Positions 28,555 to 38,730 of a stretch of 64,000 nt of DNA are shown piece after piece; the first letter of the stretch is position 1, and every line of letters begins with the position of its first letter. Under the pieces are notes generated by a model. It worked only from the letters and a program-made list of their open reading frames with translations, was not told the origin of the DNA and did not search any database. Location: positions 3,360,001-3,424,000 of the forward strand of contig OZ242320.1 in NCBI GenBank assembly GCA_965208125.1, in the 5' to 3' direction. Origin of the DNA: Candidatus Latescibacterota bacterium (GTDB lineage: Bacteria > Latescibacterota > UBA2968). Both the position numbers and the translations under genes were made by a program.

Positions 28555-28658
28555 AAAGAGCAGATTGTGATATTCTCTCCTAATTCTTTTCCTCTCTCCA
28601 ATTTCTTTGTTTGTCCGAGATGCCTTCCCCCAACATCTCCATTTACGGGAGTGTGTTG

Positions 28659-31600
28659 ATGAAATCCTCTGACTTTGTCCATTTGCACAGCCACACCATG
28701 TATAGCTTGCTCGATGGTGCGTCGAGAATAGAAGATATTGCCCAAATAGCCGCCGAATGGGGCATGCCTGCGGTTGCAATGACCGATCACGGCAATCTTT
28801 TTGGTGCCATTGATTTTTATCGCGCGATGAAAGATGTGGGCGTCAATCCGATTATCGGGTGCGAAGTGTATTGCGCGCTCGGAAGTCGATTTGACAGAAA
28901 ATCTATGCCGGGTCTTCAGGGCAGTTCAAACCATCTGGTTTTGCTGGTCAAAAATTATACGGGATATAAAAATCTGATCAAGCTGGTGTCTTCGGGGTAT
29001 CTCGAGGGCTATTATTATAATCCGCGTATAGACAAAGACTTGCTGCGCCAGCATTCGGAAGGGCTGATTTGCCTGTCGGCATGCGTCGGAGGCGAGGTTC
29101 CCTATTTGATCGAACGCGAGGGATACAAGGCGGCGCAAAAGGCAGTGGAAACATATCTCGATATTTTCGGCGATGATTATTATCTGGAGATTCAGCGACA
29201 CGGCATTGACAAAGAAAAAAAGATCAATCCCGGATTGGTCAAGCTGCACGAGGAGATGGGCGTGCCTCTGGTGGCGACCAATGATTCGCATTTTACGCGC
29301 GCTGAAGACCACGAAGCGCATGCGGCTCTGGTCGCTATTCAGACGGGTAAGACATTGGACGATCCCAAGCGCATGTGTTATCCCGAAGGCGTGTATTTTA
29401 AGTCGGCAGAGGAGATGTACGAGCTGTTTCAGGATATGCCACACGTTCTGGAACCCACGCTTGAGATTGCCGAAAAATGCAATCTCGAGATTGCATTTGA
29501 GGAATCTCACGCGCCTGATTTCCCTTTGCCAGAGAGGTATGATTCGGCCAGCGATTATCTGGGCGATCTGGCGCGCGAGGGCATGGAAACGCGGTGCAAA
29601 CAGGTGACCTCTGAGCATGAGGAACGCTTGAAGTTTGAGTTGGGCGTGATCGATCAGACGGGATATCCGGGCTATTTTTTGATTTTGCACGATCTGGTGC
29701 AATTTTCCAATGCCTCTGGCATCCGCGCAGGCGCGCGTGGGTCTGCTGTGAGTAGTCTGGTGGCTTATGCACTGGGTATTACGGCTGTGGATCCCATCGA
29801 ATACGGGCTGGTGTTTGAGCGATTTTTGAATCCCGAGCGGATTTCGCCGCCCGATATTGATCTCGATATTGCCGACCGCGACCGCGAGCAGATCATCGAT
29901 TACGTGGTGGAAAAATACGGGCGTGACAATGTATGTCAGGTGATTACGTTTGGAACCATGGGGGCGAAGGGTGTGATTCGCGATGTGGGACGGGTGTTGG
30001 ACCGGCCATTTGCAGAAGTCGATGGAATTTCAAAACTGGTGCCCGCAGAGTTGAAGATGACACTCGATAAAGCACTCGATCAGGTGCCCGAGTTGCGTCA
30101 GATTGCGGAAGATGGGAGCACGGGGCAAAAGATGATCGGCATAGGAAAGCAACTCGAAGGTCTGGCGCGCCATGCGTCGATTCACGCGGCTGCTGTGGTG
30201 ATTACGCCCGAGCCTGTGACCGAGTTTATGCCCGTTTACAAAGCGCCCAAAGGCGGGGAGGTGATGACGCAGTACAATATGCACCACGTGGAAGACCTGG
30301 GCTTTTTGAAGATGGACTTTTTGGGGCTTCGCAATCTGACAGTGATTGACGATGCCGTGAAGATGGTGAAGGAAAATTACGGCGTGGATGTGGATGTGGA
30401 TAACTTGCCTCTGGACGATGAGGCGACCTATCGCCTGTTTGGCCGGGGCGATACGACCGGGGTGTTCCAGTTTGAAAGCGCAGGGATGAGGGGCTATTTG
30501 GAACAGTTGAAGCCGGATACGATTGGCGATATTATTGCGATGAACGCGCTTTATCGCCCGGGACCGATGAAATATATTCCCAATTACGTTGACCGCAAGC
30601 ACGGGCGGGAAGAAGTGACGTATGACGATGAGAAGATGTGCCCGGCTCTGGAGGAGACGTACGGCATTATTACTTACCAGGAACAGGTACAACGCCTGTG
30701 CCGCGATCTCGCCGGATTTACACTTGCCAAAGCCGATGGCATCCGCAAAGCCATGGGGAAGAAGTTGGCCGATGTGATGGAAAAGTATCGGCTCGAATTT
30801 TTAGATGGGGCCACGACCAATGGCGTTGAAAAAGCGGTTGCAGAACAGATATGGAGGGATATTGAGGTTTTCTCGGGTTATGGATTCAACAAGGCGCATA
30901 GTGCGGGCTATTCGATGGTAGCTTACCAGTGCGCGTATCTCAAGGCGCATTATCCGGCTGAATTTATGGCGGCGAACCTCAACAGTGAAATTGGCAATAT
31001 TGATCGTCTGGTCGTTTTGATTGAAGAATGCCGGCGAATGGGTCTGGATGTATTGCCCCCGGATGTGAATGAAGGGCAGGGCGATTTTGTGGCGGCCAAA
31101 AACGAGATTCGAATGGGTATGGCTGCCATTCGCAATGTGGGGCGCAGCGCGGTTCAAGCGATTGTTGCAGCGCGTGAAGCAGACGGCCCCTTTGAGTCGC
31201 TATTTGATTTTTGCGACCGCGTGGATTCTCAGGCTGTGAATAGGCGGTGTATCGAAAGTCTGATTAAAGCCGGTGCTTATGATTGCGTGCCCGGGCATCG
31301 CGCGCAGTTGCTCGAAGCCTTAGACCGCGCACTGGAGATGGCGCAATCTGTACAGATGGATCGCGCGCGCGGGCAAATTTCCATGTTTGAAATGGTCGAG
31401 ATGCAAACGCAGATGGTGAACGACCAATCGTTGCCCGAGGTTGAGGAATGGACTGAGCGCGAACACCTCGCTTTTGAAAAAGATATGCTGGGCTTTTATC
31501 TTTCGGGGCATCCGCTGGAACGCTACAGAACCGATTTGGCAGAAATGGGTATGAGATCGGTAAATGATCTGAAGGAATTGCCCGATGGTGCTGAGGTCCA

Positions 31601-32165
31601 GGTGGGAGGCGTGTTGGCCGAGGTAAAACCGCATACGACACGTGATGGCCGGCCCATGGCTTTTGGTACGCTGGAAGATTTGAGCGGCGCGGTTGATCTG
31701 GTGGTGTTTTCCGATACTTTTGAAAAATTGCGCGAGCAACTGCTGGTCGATGAAATGGTGGTTTTACAAGGTCGGTTTTCCGCACGCAATGGACGGTCTT
31801 CGGTGCAGGTTGAAAATGTGATGCCTATTGAGCAAGCGCGCGAGCAATTGGCCGATACCGTCAATGTGTTGTTGCCGGGTGATTTAATTCGGATGGAGCC
31901 ACTCAAATCGCTGCATACCCTGTGTCTGAAACATCCGGGCAACTGTCAGTTGCGGTTACATCTGAAATTAGAGCGCGACCATTCCACCATCGTCCTGTCC
32001 CGTCAGGTTCAGGTGTTGCCTTCCGATGTCTTGTTGCGAGAAATTGCCGAACTCACGGGCGGCAGGGCCAATGCATGGGTATCAACCGAGGCGGGACGCG
32101 CTCGACGCGCGGCGAGACGCCAATCCGATGAAATGGTCTTTGAGGGGGGTCTTGTAACGGCGTGA
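28659..32165 (+). CDS. dnaE: DNA polymerase III alpha subunit
   Basis: PHP HLHSH..SLLDG, PDIDLD, KMDFLGL, YGFNKAH and internal QISMF. Confidence 0.98.
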   Translation: MKSSDFVHLHSHTMYSLLDGASRIEDIAQIAAEWGMPAVAMTDHGNLFGAIDFYRAMKDVGVNPIIGCEVYCALGSRFDRKSMPGLQGSSNHLVLLVKNYTGYKNLIKLVSSGYLEGYYYNPRIDKDLLRQHSEGLICLSACVGGEVPYLIEREGYKAAQKAVETYLDIFGDDYYLEIQRHGIDKEKKINPGLVKLHEEMGVPLVATNDSHFTRAEDHEAHAALVAIQTGKTLDDPKRMCYPEGVYFKSAEEMYELFQDMPHVLEPTLEIAEKCNLEIAFEESHAPDFPLPERYDSASDYLGDLAREGMETRCKQVTSEHEERLKFELGVIDQTGYPGYFLILHDLVQFSNASGIRAGARGSAVSSLVAYALGITAVDPIEYGLVFERFLNPERISPPDIDLDIADRDREQIIDYVVEKYGRDNVCQVITFGTMGAKGVIRDVGRVLDRPFAEVDGISKLVPAELKMTLDKALDQVPELRQIAEDGSTGQKMIGIGKQLEGLARHASIHAAAVVITPEPVTEFMPVYKAPKGGEVMTQYNMHHVEDLGFLKMDFLGLRNLTVIDDAVKMVKENYGVDVDVDNLPLDDEATYRLFGRGDTTGVFQFESAGMRGYLEQLKPDTIGDIIAMNALYRPGPMKYIPNYVDRKHGREEVTYDDEKMCPALEETYGIITYQEQVQRLCRDLAGFTLAKADGIRKAMGKKLADVMEKYRLEFLDGATTNGVEKAVAEQIWRDIEVFSGYGFNKAHSAGYSMVAYQCAYLKAHYPAEFMAANLNSEIGNIDRLVVLIEECRRMGLDVLPPDVNEGQGDFVAAKNEIRMGMAAIRNVGRSAVQAIVAAREADGPFESLFDFCDRVDSQAVNRRCIESLIKAGAYDCVPGHRAQLLEALDRALEMAQSVQMDRARGQISMFEMVEMQTQMVNDQSLPEVEEWTEREHLAFEKDMLGFYLSGHPLERYRTDLAEMGMRSVNDLKELPDGAEVQVGGVLAEVKPHTTRDGRPMAFGTLEDLSGAVDLVVFSDTFEKLREQLLVDEMVVLQGRFSARNGRSSVQVENVMPIEQAREQLADTVNVLLPGDLIRMEPLKSLHTLCLKHPGNCQLRLHLKLERDHSTIVLSRQVQVLPSDVLLREIAELTGGRANAWVSTEAGRARRAARRQSDEMVFEGGLVTA

Positions 32166-32185
32166 TTGGAGACAAAAAAGAAAGA

Positions 32186-32219
32186 AAAAGGCGAGAGGCC
32201 ATCCGGCCTCTCGCCTTTT
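32186..32219. terminator. Bidirectional intrinsic terminator between dnaE and rodA
   Basis: AAAAGGCGAGAGGCC-ATCC-GGCCTCTCGCCTTTT, a perfect 15-bp inverted repeat. Confidence 0.85.
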
Positions 32220-32239
32220 GCGTTTTACATCGTACATCT

Positions 32240-33460
32240 TTAATAATCCTCATATCTATTGGCGTAAATGTTGAGTAACAGACCAACGAGAATCATATTT
32301 GTGATGAGGGTGGAGCCTCCGTAGCTCAAGAAAGGCAACGGGAGGCCCGTGACGGGCATGATGCCGATGGTCATGCCGATGTTGACAAAAATGTGGAAGA
32401 GGAGAATGGTCGCCAGTCCGATAGCAGTCAAGCTGGAGAAGCGGTTTTTGGTCTGTATGGCAATGGACAAAGCACGCCATAAGATGAACATAAACAATGC
32501 CAGAACAAAAAAGGCACCGATAAATCCAAATTCTTCGCATATAACAGAAAAAATAAAATCGGTGTGTTGTTCGGGTAAAAAGGCGAGTTTGGTTTGTGTG
32601 CCTTCTAAAAATCCTTTGCCCTTGAGGCCACCAGACCCGATGGCGATTTTGGACTGAATGACCTGATAACCCGCGCCGAGTTTGTCCATATTGGGGTCGA
32701 GAAAGGTGAGGATGCGGCGTTTTTGGTAGTCGTGGAGTTTGTTTTCCCACACATAAGGTGCGACGATAGCAACCGAGAGATTGACCAATAGCAAGATGCT
32801 TGCGGTGAATAAGCGGGGGCGTTCATAAAAAAGGATCCCAATGAGCAGGAGTACCACCGCGACTAACATCCACGGGTGAAAGGCACATATCAAGGTGAGA
32901 GCAGGGGAAACTAAAAAAAATAAATGTATGGGTCTGGCACCGGCCCAGAAAAGCATGGGCAGGATGAGAATGCTAAAAACCAGAGCGGTACCCAGATCGG
33001 GTTGCTTAAAAACGAGTAAGATGGGTACGAGAACGAACAACAAAGGTATAATAAAGGTACGTACGCGGGTCAGGTCGCGGTTGCGATAGGCCAAAAAGCG
33101 CGCGAGTACCAGGACGGTCGTTATCTTGGCAAATTCAGAAGGTTGTATTTGAATAGGACCAATGTTGAACCAGCGCCGGTCGCCCAATTCGAGCACGAGT
33201 ATCAAAAGTGTAACTGTCAGGCCATACAGGACATACGCAAAGGCATAAAAAAGTTTAAGGGGAATGACCATGGTGATGATCATGGCAATAAACCCGAATA
33301 AGGCCCAGAGAATTTGCTTTTCATAAATGTTGCCGGCCAGGCCCAGATCCCAATTGTAGCTGGCACTGTATATGGTGGTAATGCCCACACCAATGCCCAG
33401 GCATATCGCTGAGAGGAGGCCGATGTCGAGGTCGCGTCGAACAAATAGAGAAAGATTCAC
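32240..33460 (-). CDS. rodA: Rod shape-determining protein RodA
   Basis: IQPSEFAK, QPDLGT, LPEQHTDFIF and PVTGLPLPFLSYGGS; GTG start after GAGG. Confidence 0.95.
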   Translation of the reverse strand: MNLSLFVRRDLDIGLLSAICLGIGVGITTIYSASYNWDLGLAGNIYEKQILWALFGFIAMIITMVIPLKLFYAFAYVLYGLTVTLLILVLELGDRRWFNIGPIQIQPSEFAKITTVLVLARFLAYRNRDLTRVRTFIIPLLFVLVPILLVFKQPDLGTALVFSILILPMLFWAGARPIHLFFLVSPALTLICAFHPWMLVAVVLLLIGILFYERPRLFTASILLLVNLSVAIVAPYVWENKLHDYQKRRILTFLDPNMDKLGAGYQVIQSKIAIGSGGLKGKGFLEGTQTKLAFLPEQHTDFIFSVICEEFGFIGAFFVLALFMFILWRALSIAIQTKNRFSSLTAIGLATILLFHIFVNIGMTIGIMPVTGLPLPFLSYGGSTLITNMILVGLLLNIYANRYEDY

Positions 33461-33482
33461 AACTACCTCTAAAAATGAGAGG

Positions 33483-35348
33483 TTACTGGTTATTGACCGC
33501 AATCAATTCGTCAGTGGATTTTGGCACCGCGTGTTCGAAATAGGCTTCGAGCGTTTTTTGTGCAATAGGCGCGGCAACACTGCCCCCCGAACCACCGTTT
33601 TCAACAATTACGGCAATGGCAATGCGCGGGTTTTCTGCCGGTGCATAAGCGACAAACCAGGCGTGGTCTTCACCATGGGGATTTTGTGCGGTACCCGTTT
33701 TTCCCGCAACTACAATATCGGGTAAACTGGCGCGATGACCCGTGCCGCCAGGGCTGTTGACCACATCTACCATCATGCTTCGCACGGTTTTGAGAACCTC
33801 TTGTGAGAGGGGAATTGGCGCGGTTTCGCCCTGAGCGCCTTTGATCACATGCGGAGTGGGTAACTGACCGGTTGCCAGCGCGCTTGTATAGCGCGCCACC
33901 TGAAGGGGCGTTGCCAGAAGTTCCCCTTGTCCAATGGTCAAGTTGAGCATATTGCCGTCAGTCCAGAAGCCGTGCCTTTGTTTGTAATAGGCGTGGTTGG
34001 GCAGCAGACCGCGTGCTTCACCATCGCCTCCCGAAGCGATGTCGATGTTTGTCAATTCACCAAATTTGAACATAGCGGCATACCGATGCCAGTCGTCAAT
34101 ACCCACTTTGAGGCCGAGTTGATAAAAGAATACATCACACGATTTTACGAGTGCTTCTCGCATGTTGATAGGCCCACAGCCTTTTTTGTTGTGACATCCA
34201 AACCGGCGATCGCCGAAAGCCATGCTTCCCATGCATGGTTTCAAACGATATTCATCGGCTTTGATTATGCCCATGTCCAAAGCGGCAATCGATGTGATCA
34301 TTTTGAAGACCGAAGCGGGTGGATATTCGCCTTTAAGGCTGCGGTTGAGCAAGGGTTTGGATGGGTCTGTTTGCAAGTGCTGCCAGGCTTTGGGGTCCCG
34401 GATGGATTGTGGATGAAAACCGGGTTTGCTGACCATGGCTATAATTTCGCCAGACTGTGGATGCATGGCAATCAGGCTGCCGCGCATGCTATCTGCAAAG
34501 GCGTGTTCGGCGGCATGCTGTACGCGCCAGTCGAGCGTCAGCCACAGATCTTCGCCAGAAATGGGGGGGTCTGTTTTTTCGGGGAAAATGCCCACCTCGC
34601 GTCCCTTTGCATTTACTTCGATGTATCGGATACCTTTATGACCCCGCATCCGGTCTTCAAATATGCGCTCAATACCTCGTTTTCCAATCTGATCGTCGTA
34701 GCTATATCCCCGCGTTTTCATGTGGGTATATTGAGATGCGTTGATAAGCCCGACATAGCCCAAAATATGGGGGGCTAAGACCAGGGCGTTACTGGCGTTG
34801 TGCTGCGCGTGCGAAAACTCGGTGGATCTCGCCGAGGGTGTGTCAAAGATGGGATAGCCCCTGCGAGATTCGATTTGAATTTCTACGCCTGGAAAGTCAT
34901 AGCGGTTTTCTTCGATAATGGAAATGGCTTCAAAATCCACATCGAGTTTGAGTTTGACCGGGTCGTAAAAATACCGGTTATGCAATTGCAATTTTTTTCT
35001 TATTGTTTCACAGGGCAGATCCACAATTTGCCCGAGGCGTTCGAGGAGTCCATTGCATTTGTCTTCTTCAATATTTGCCAAAAAGCGAGGGGGAATGACC
35101 GAGATGTTATAAGCTGGTCTGTTATCGACCAAAATGATATCATTGCGGTCGCGGATCAGACCGCGACCGGCCTGGATGATGACGGGCTGCATGGTATTTT
35201 TTTCGGATTTAATGCGATACTGTTCCCATTCGGCAATCTGCAACATATAGAGGCGGACACCCAATATGCCAAAGAGGAACGCCATTACACCGAAAAGAAT
35301 GCGTGCGCGCTGTGCGCGAATGCCGTTATGTGTGAAGTCATTCTGCAT
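33483..35348 (-). CDS. mrdA: Penicillin-binding protein 2
   Basis: SVFK, SCD and KTGTAQ motifs; lies between mreD and rodA. Confidence 0.95.
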   Translation of the reverse strand: MQNDFTHNGIRAQRARILFGVMAFLFGILGVRLYMLQIAEWEQYRIKSEKNTMQPVIIQAGRGLIRDRNDIILVDNRPAYNISVIPPRFLANIEEDKCNGLLERLGQIVDLPCETIRKKLQLHNRYFYDPVKLKLDVDFEAISIIEENRYDFPGVEIQIESRRGYPIFDTPSARSTEFSHAQHNASNALVLAPHILGYVGLINASQYTHMKTRGYSYDDQIGKRGIERIFEDRMRGHKGIRYIEVNAKGREVGIFPEKTDPPISGEDLWLTLDWRVQHAAEHAFADSMRGSLIAMHPQSGEIIAMVSKPGFHPQSIRDPKAWQHLQTDPSKPLLNRSLKGEYPPASVFKMITSIAALDMGIIKADEYRLKPCMGSMAFGDRRFGCHNKKGCGPINMREALVKSCDVFFYQLGLKVGIDDWHRYAAMFKFGELTNIDIASGGDGEARGLLPNHAYYKQRHGFWTDGNMLNLTIGQGELLATPLQVARYTSALATGQLPTPHVIKGAQGETAPIPLSQEVLKTVRSMMVDVVNSPGGTGHRASLPDIVVAGKTGTAQNPHGEDHAWFVAYAPAENPRIAIAVIVENGGSGGSVAAPIAQKTLEAYFEHAVPKSTDELIAVNNQ

Positions 35349-35817
35349 GGGATTCAATATTGAGAAGTGAGAAATGGGTGAGGACAGACGACAATGCCGT
35401 ACCCAACACGGCTGTATAAAGGCCCGTACCCAATCCGATGCTCAGAATTTTGAGCGGTTGCAAAGTAACGAGAAAAAAAATGATATCGTGTAAAAGTGTT
35501 GCCAAAAACAAAATGGCAGCCTGTGCTCGTAGAGCTTCTGCGGCAATACTCACACGGCTATAACCTGCAAAAAAACCAATCAGACTGTTGCCGAGGGCAT
35601 TGGTGCCCAAACGCGTGCCGGGGTCGTATATGTCGATGAGCAATCCCGATAAAAAACCCAGTACAGTCGCTTCAATTTGCCCTCGGGTAAAGGCAATAAA
35701 AACCAGTATGATGATGACGATGTCCGGCGCAATGCCGTAAATGGCGAGGCTATTAATCCAGGATGCCTGGAGAAGCAGTGCCAAACAAATAAGCAAAATA
35801 TTGCGGGCGATAATCAT
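35338..35817 (-). CDS. mreD: Rod shape-determining protein MreD
   Basis: Hydrophobic; PD...GFLSGLLID; upstream of mrdA. Confidence 0.85.
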   Translation of the reverse strand: MIIARNILLICLALLLQASWINSLAIYGIAPDIVIIILVFIAFTRGQIEATVLGFLSGLLIDIYDPGTRLGTNALGNSLIGFFAGYSRVSIAAEALRAQAAILFLATLLHDIIFFLVTLQPLKILSIGLGTGLYTAVLGTALSSVLTHFSLLNIESHAE

Positions 35818-35904
35818 ATGGGAAGCGGTCAGTCAGCTATCAGTCCCTAAAACACAACACATCAGCGATCAGCAGTTAACTTCTCGCCATCCAAATAGGG
35901 CGAA

Positions 35905-37806
35905 TTAATCCGCAATTTCTCTAACGCGAATGCGGGTGCCGGGCCGCAGACGCGATGGACTTCGAATGTCATTCCAGGATTGTAGGGCTGCAACACTGGT
36001 ATCAAAGGCACGCGCGATGCTCCACAGGGTATCACCCGTGCGTACTGTATAAAAGATGGGAGATTCCGATGTTCCATCTTTGGGTACCCACAATGTGAGG
36101 CGATCGCCCGGGTGAATGGGACGATTGGTATTCAGATTGTTCCAGGCGCGCAGGTGTGAAACCGTGATGCCTTTTCGTTTGGCTATATCCCACAGAGTAT
36201 CACCTGTACGCACCGTGACATTGATCTGGCGATAGTGTTCAGGGTCGGGCTTGTGGGTAATATTTTTTATTTGTATTGCTGGGCGTGTCTGTGTTGCGGT
36301 AGCCAAGCGTTGGGCGTGGGGATACATTGGAATGCTGAGTTTCTGGCCGATTTGCAGGCGGCGAGGGTTGGTGATGCCATTGGCCGCTTGCAGGTCGGCT
36401 GACGACACCCCCACGCGGGATGCGATACCATATAAGGTGTCGCCGCGCTTGACCACATAGTCGATGAGTTGGATTTTTTTATGTGCTGGTATTTGCGCGT
36501 AATTGGCTCTGAATTTCGCGCCTGCGCCCTTTGGTACGCGCAAATTATAGGCGTTTCGCCGCATGGCAGGCGGTGTATATGGGCGGCGCAGTTCGGGATT
36601 AAGATAGCGCAGATAGGTGTAGGTAGTGCCCGCACATTCCGCAGCCAAACGCAGGTTCACAGGTTCTGTTAAAGCGACTTTGTCATAAGACATGGGAGGT
36701 TGATAGACAACATCTTTAAAGCCAAAAAAAGCGGGATCTTTGGCGATGATGACCATGGCCATGAACTTGGGTACATGATTGCGAGTTTCTCTGGGTAATG
36801 CGCCAATTTCCCAAAAGTCACGGGTTTTAGATCTTGCAATGGCGCGATCCATACGGCCCTGTCCACAGTTGTAGGCTGCGACAACCAGACGCCAATCTCC
36901 AAAGTAGGTGTATAGATGATTGAGATGTCGCGCAGCAGCATGTGTGGATTTTTCGGGGTTCATGCGATCGTCGATATAGGTGTTGCGCCGCAGGCCATAG
37001 AGCAAGCCAGTGCGGTACATAAATTGCCACATGCCCAGGGCGTATGCACGCGAGAGGGCGCGGGGATTAAATCCGCTTTCGATCATGGCTTTATACGCGA
37101 GGTCCAAAGGCAGGCCCTGTTCGCGGAAAACAGTCTGGATCATGGGCAAATAGGCGGTGGAGCGAGACAGACTTCTTTCAAAGAAGTCGCGCTTTTCCGT
37201 GAGGAAATATTGGATATAAGCCATGACTTCGGGTGTCAGGTCAATAGGTACATCAGCTTGCCCTGCCAGTACTCTTATTTTTAGTTCTCGATAGTGCGGA
37301 TGATGCAACAAGTCGGCAACCACAGATTCGGGAAGGGCATTGAGCAAGGTTGCCAGTGGTGCATGCGGTGGTATGGTTGCACGGGACATAATCGCGTAAT
37401 AGCGTTCGAGTGTGAAACGCATCAACGCGGTCCATTTTTTTGCTGTTTTCGGTTCAGAAACAAAACGATGGTGCAACATGTGCGCTGCCGTATCGAGCAA
37501 AGCTCTTACGCGAAGAGTGTGAGTTTCGACTGCGGCTTTTTGAAGCAGTTCATAGAGATGATCACCCGTGGGTTCAATATCTTCTATCAATACGGGCTTT
37601 GGTAGTATAATGGGTTCCACAACTTTTGGCACATTTACGGGTGCAGGTGCAGGTGCAGGTGCAGGTGCAGGCGCAGGTGCAAGAGGCGTGCGTGCAGTGG
37701 TTGCACAACCGCCAAAAATTAGAACTGCAATAAGACACAGGTTAGACCGCAGGGCAGTCTTCGCGTTATTGAGAAGATTTTGCCTGTACAATGAATGCTG
37801 TTTCAT
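35905..37806 (-). CDS. mltD: MltD-like lytic transglycosylase with three LysM domains
   Basis: IESGF, GMWQF, AAYNCG, ETRNHVPK and three GDTL LysM repeats; lipobox FGGC. Confidence 0.9.
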   Translation of the reverse strand: MKQHSLYRQNLLNNAKTALRSNLCLIAVLIFGGCATTARTPLAPAPAPAPAPAPAPVNVPKVVEPIILPKPVLIEDIEPTGDHLYELLQKAAVETHTLRVRALLDTAAHMLHHRFVSEPKTAKKWTALMRFTLERYYAIMSRATIPPHAPLATLLNALPESVVADLLHHPHYRELKIRVLAGQADVPIDLTPEVMAYIQYFLTEKRDFFERSLSRSTAYLPMIQTVFREQGLPLDLAYKAMIESGFNPRALSRAYALGMWQFMYRTGLLYGLRRNTYIDDRMNPEKSTHAAARHLNHLYTYFGDWRLVVAAYNCGQGRMDRAIARSKTRDFWEIGALPRETRNHVPKFMAMVIIAKDPAFFGFKDVVYQPPMSYDKVALTEPVNLRLAAECAGTTYTYLRYLNPELRRPYTPPAMRRNAYNLRVPKGAGAKFRANYAQIPAHKKIQLIDYVVKRGDTLYGIASRVGVSSADLQAANGITNPRRLQIGQKLSIPMYPHAQRLATATQTRPAIQIKNITHKPDPEHYRQINVTVRTGDTLWDIAKRKGITVSHLRAWNNLNTNRPIHPGDRLTLWVPKDGTSESPIFYTVRTGDTLWSIARAFDTSVAALQSWNDIRSPSRLRPGTRIRVREIAD

Positions 37807-38497
37807 AGCCTTTCTTTGTTACCTCCTCGAGTAATATTTCTGCATCATTGCGCGTCTGAAAATTGCCGACGCGTACCTTGAAATAAGGGGGTTCAAAATC
37901 GATAAAAACATCGTCGCGCGTCAGTTGAACACGCGCTTGCCTTTGTACATTTTCCGCTGAGCTTTGCGTCGATGACGAAAAAATTTGAACTCTAAACCGC
38001 GATGTGGCATCGCTTTCAGATTGCACGTTGACAATTTGTGTGCGAACCACATAAGCATCGGGAAAGCCTAATGCTCTGATGGCATCGCGCAGTATTTTGG
38101 CCGATTCAGGCGTGCGGCTGTTGCCCGCTTGAATTTTGTAGAGTTGTATGTCTTCGTCGAGATGAATATATGTCAAGACCTGAGCCTCGCGCTGAATTTG
38201 TTCGCGCAAGGCTTCTGCCCGGTTGTGATCGCGAAGGGCTGCAACTTGAACGCGGAAGCCTTCAATTTGTGATACTTTCGCAGGGGGCATTGCTTCGGCG
38301 CGTTCAGGTGTTTGCAACACCAGATCGTCGTCCATGAGGGTCTGCGGGTCAAATTCTTCTCGCGCCGCCGATGAATCAACTGCTGATGAATCAGCCATCG
38401 GAGAATCAGCCGGAGGAGCGAGTTGGGTCTGTTGTGCGACACAGCCGATCAGGAACACGACAAATAAGACAAATAACAAGATATTTTTTCTTATCAT
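37766..38497 (-). CDS. SPOR-domain lipoprotein (two SPOR domains)
   Basis: LIGC lipobox; GFRVQV, FRVQIF and PYFKVRVGNF. Confidence 0.85.
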   Translation of the reverse strand: MIRKNILLFVLFVVFLIGCVAQQTQLAPPADSPMADSSAVDSSAAREEFDPQTLMDDDLVLQTPERAEAMPPAKVSQIEGFRVQVAALRDHNRAEALREQIQREAQVLTYIHLDEDIQLYKIQAGNSRTPESAKILRDAIRALGFPDAYVVRTQIVNVQSESDATSRFRVQIFSSSTQSSAENVQRQARVQLTRDDVFIDFEPPYFKVRVGNFQTRNDAEILLEEVTKKGYETAFIVQAKSSQ

Positions 38498-38598
38498 TTT
38501 GCCTCCACGAGCAGTTATTCAGTTTATTTTTTAACCTTTACCCGTGCCATCTACCTCTACTCATTGTTCAGACATAATTCTACATGTTAGACCCTCAC

Positions 38599-38627
38599 AC
38601 TTTAAGAATACATGCAAAATTTGTCAA
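38599..38627 (-). promoter_or_regulatory. Sigma70 promoter of the SPOR-mltD genes
   Basis: TTGACA-N17-TAAAGT. Confidence 0.6.
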
Positions 38628-38730
38628 CGACTTATATTGCGCAATTTATCGAAAATTGCTCTATTTTCCCCAATATCTTGTATATCTAAAAAAATAATAA
38701 AGTCGCTTAATTATGCAATAAACCAGAGCA

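Noticed and set aside
37640-37681. GGTGCA hexamer tandem repeat
   Set aside because: Encodes an in-frame Pro-Ala linker of MltD; unit changes would not shift the frame
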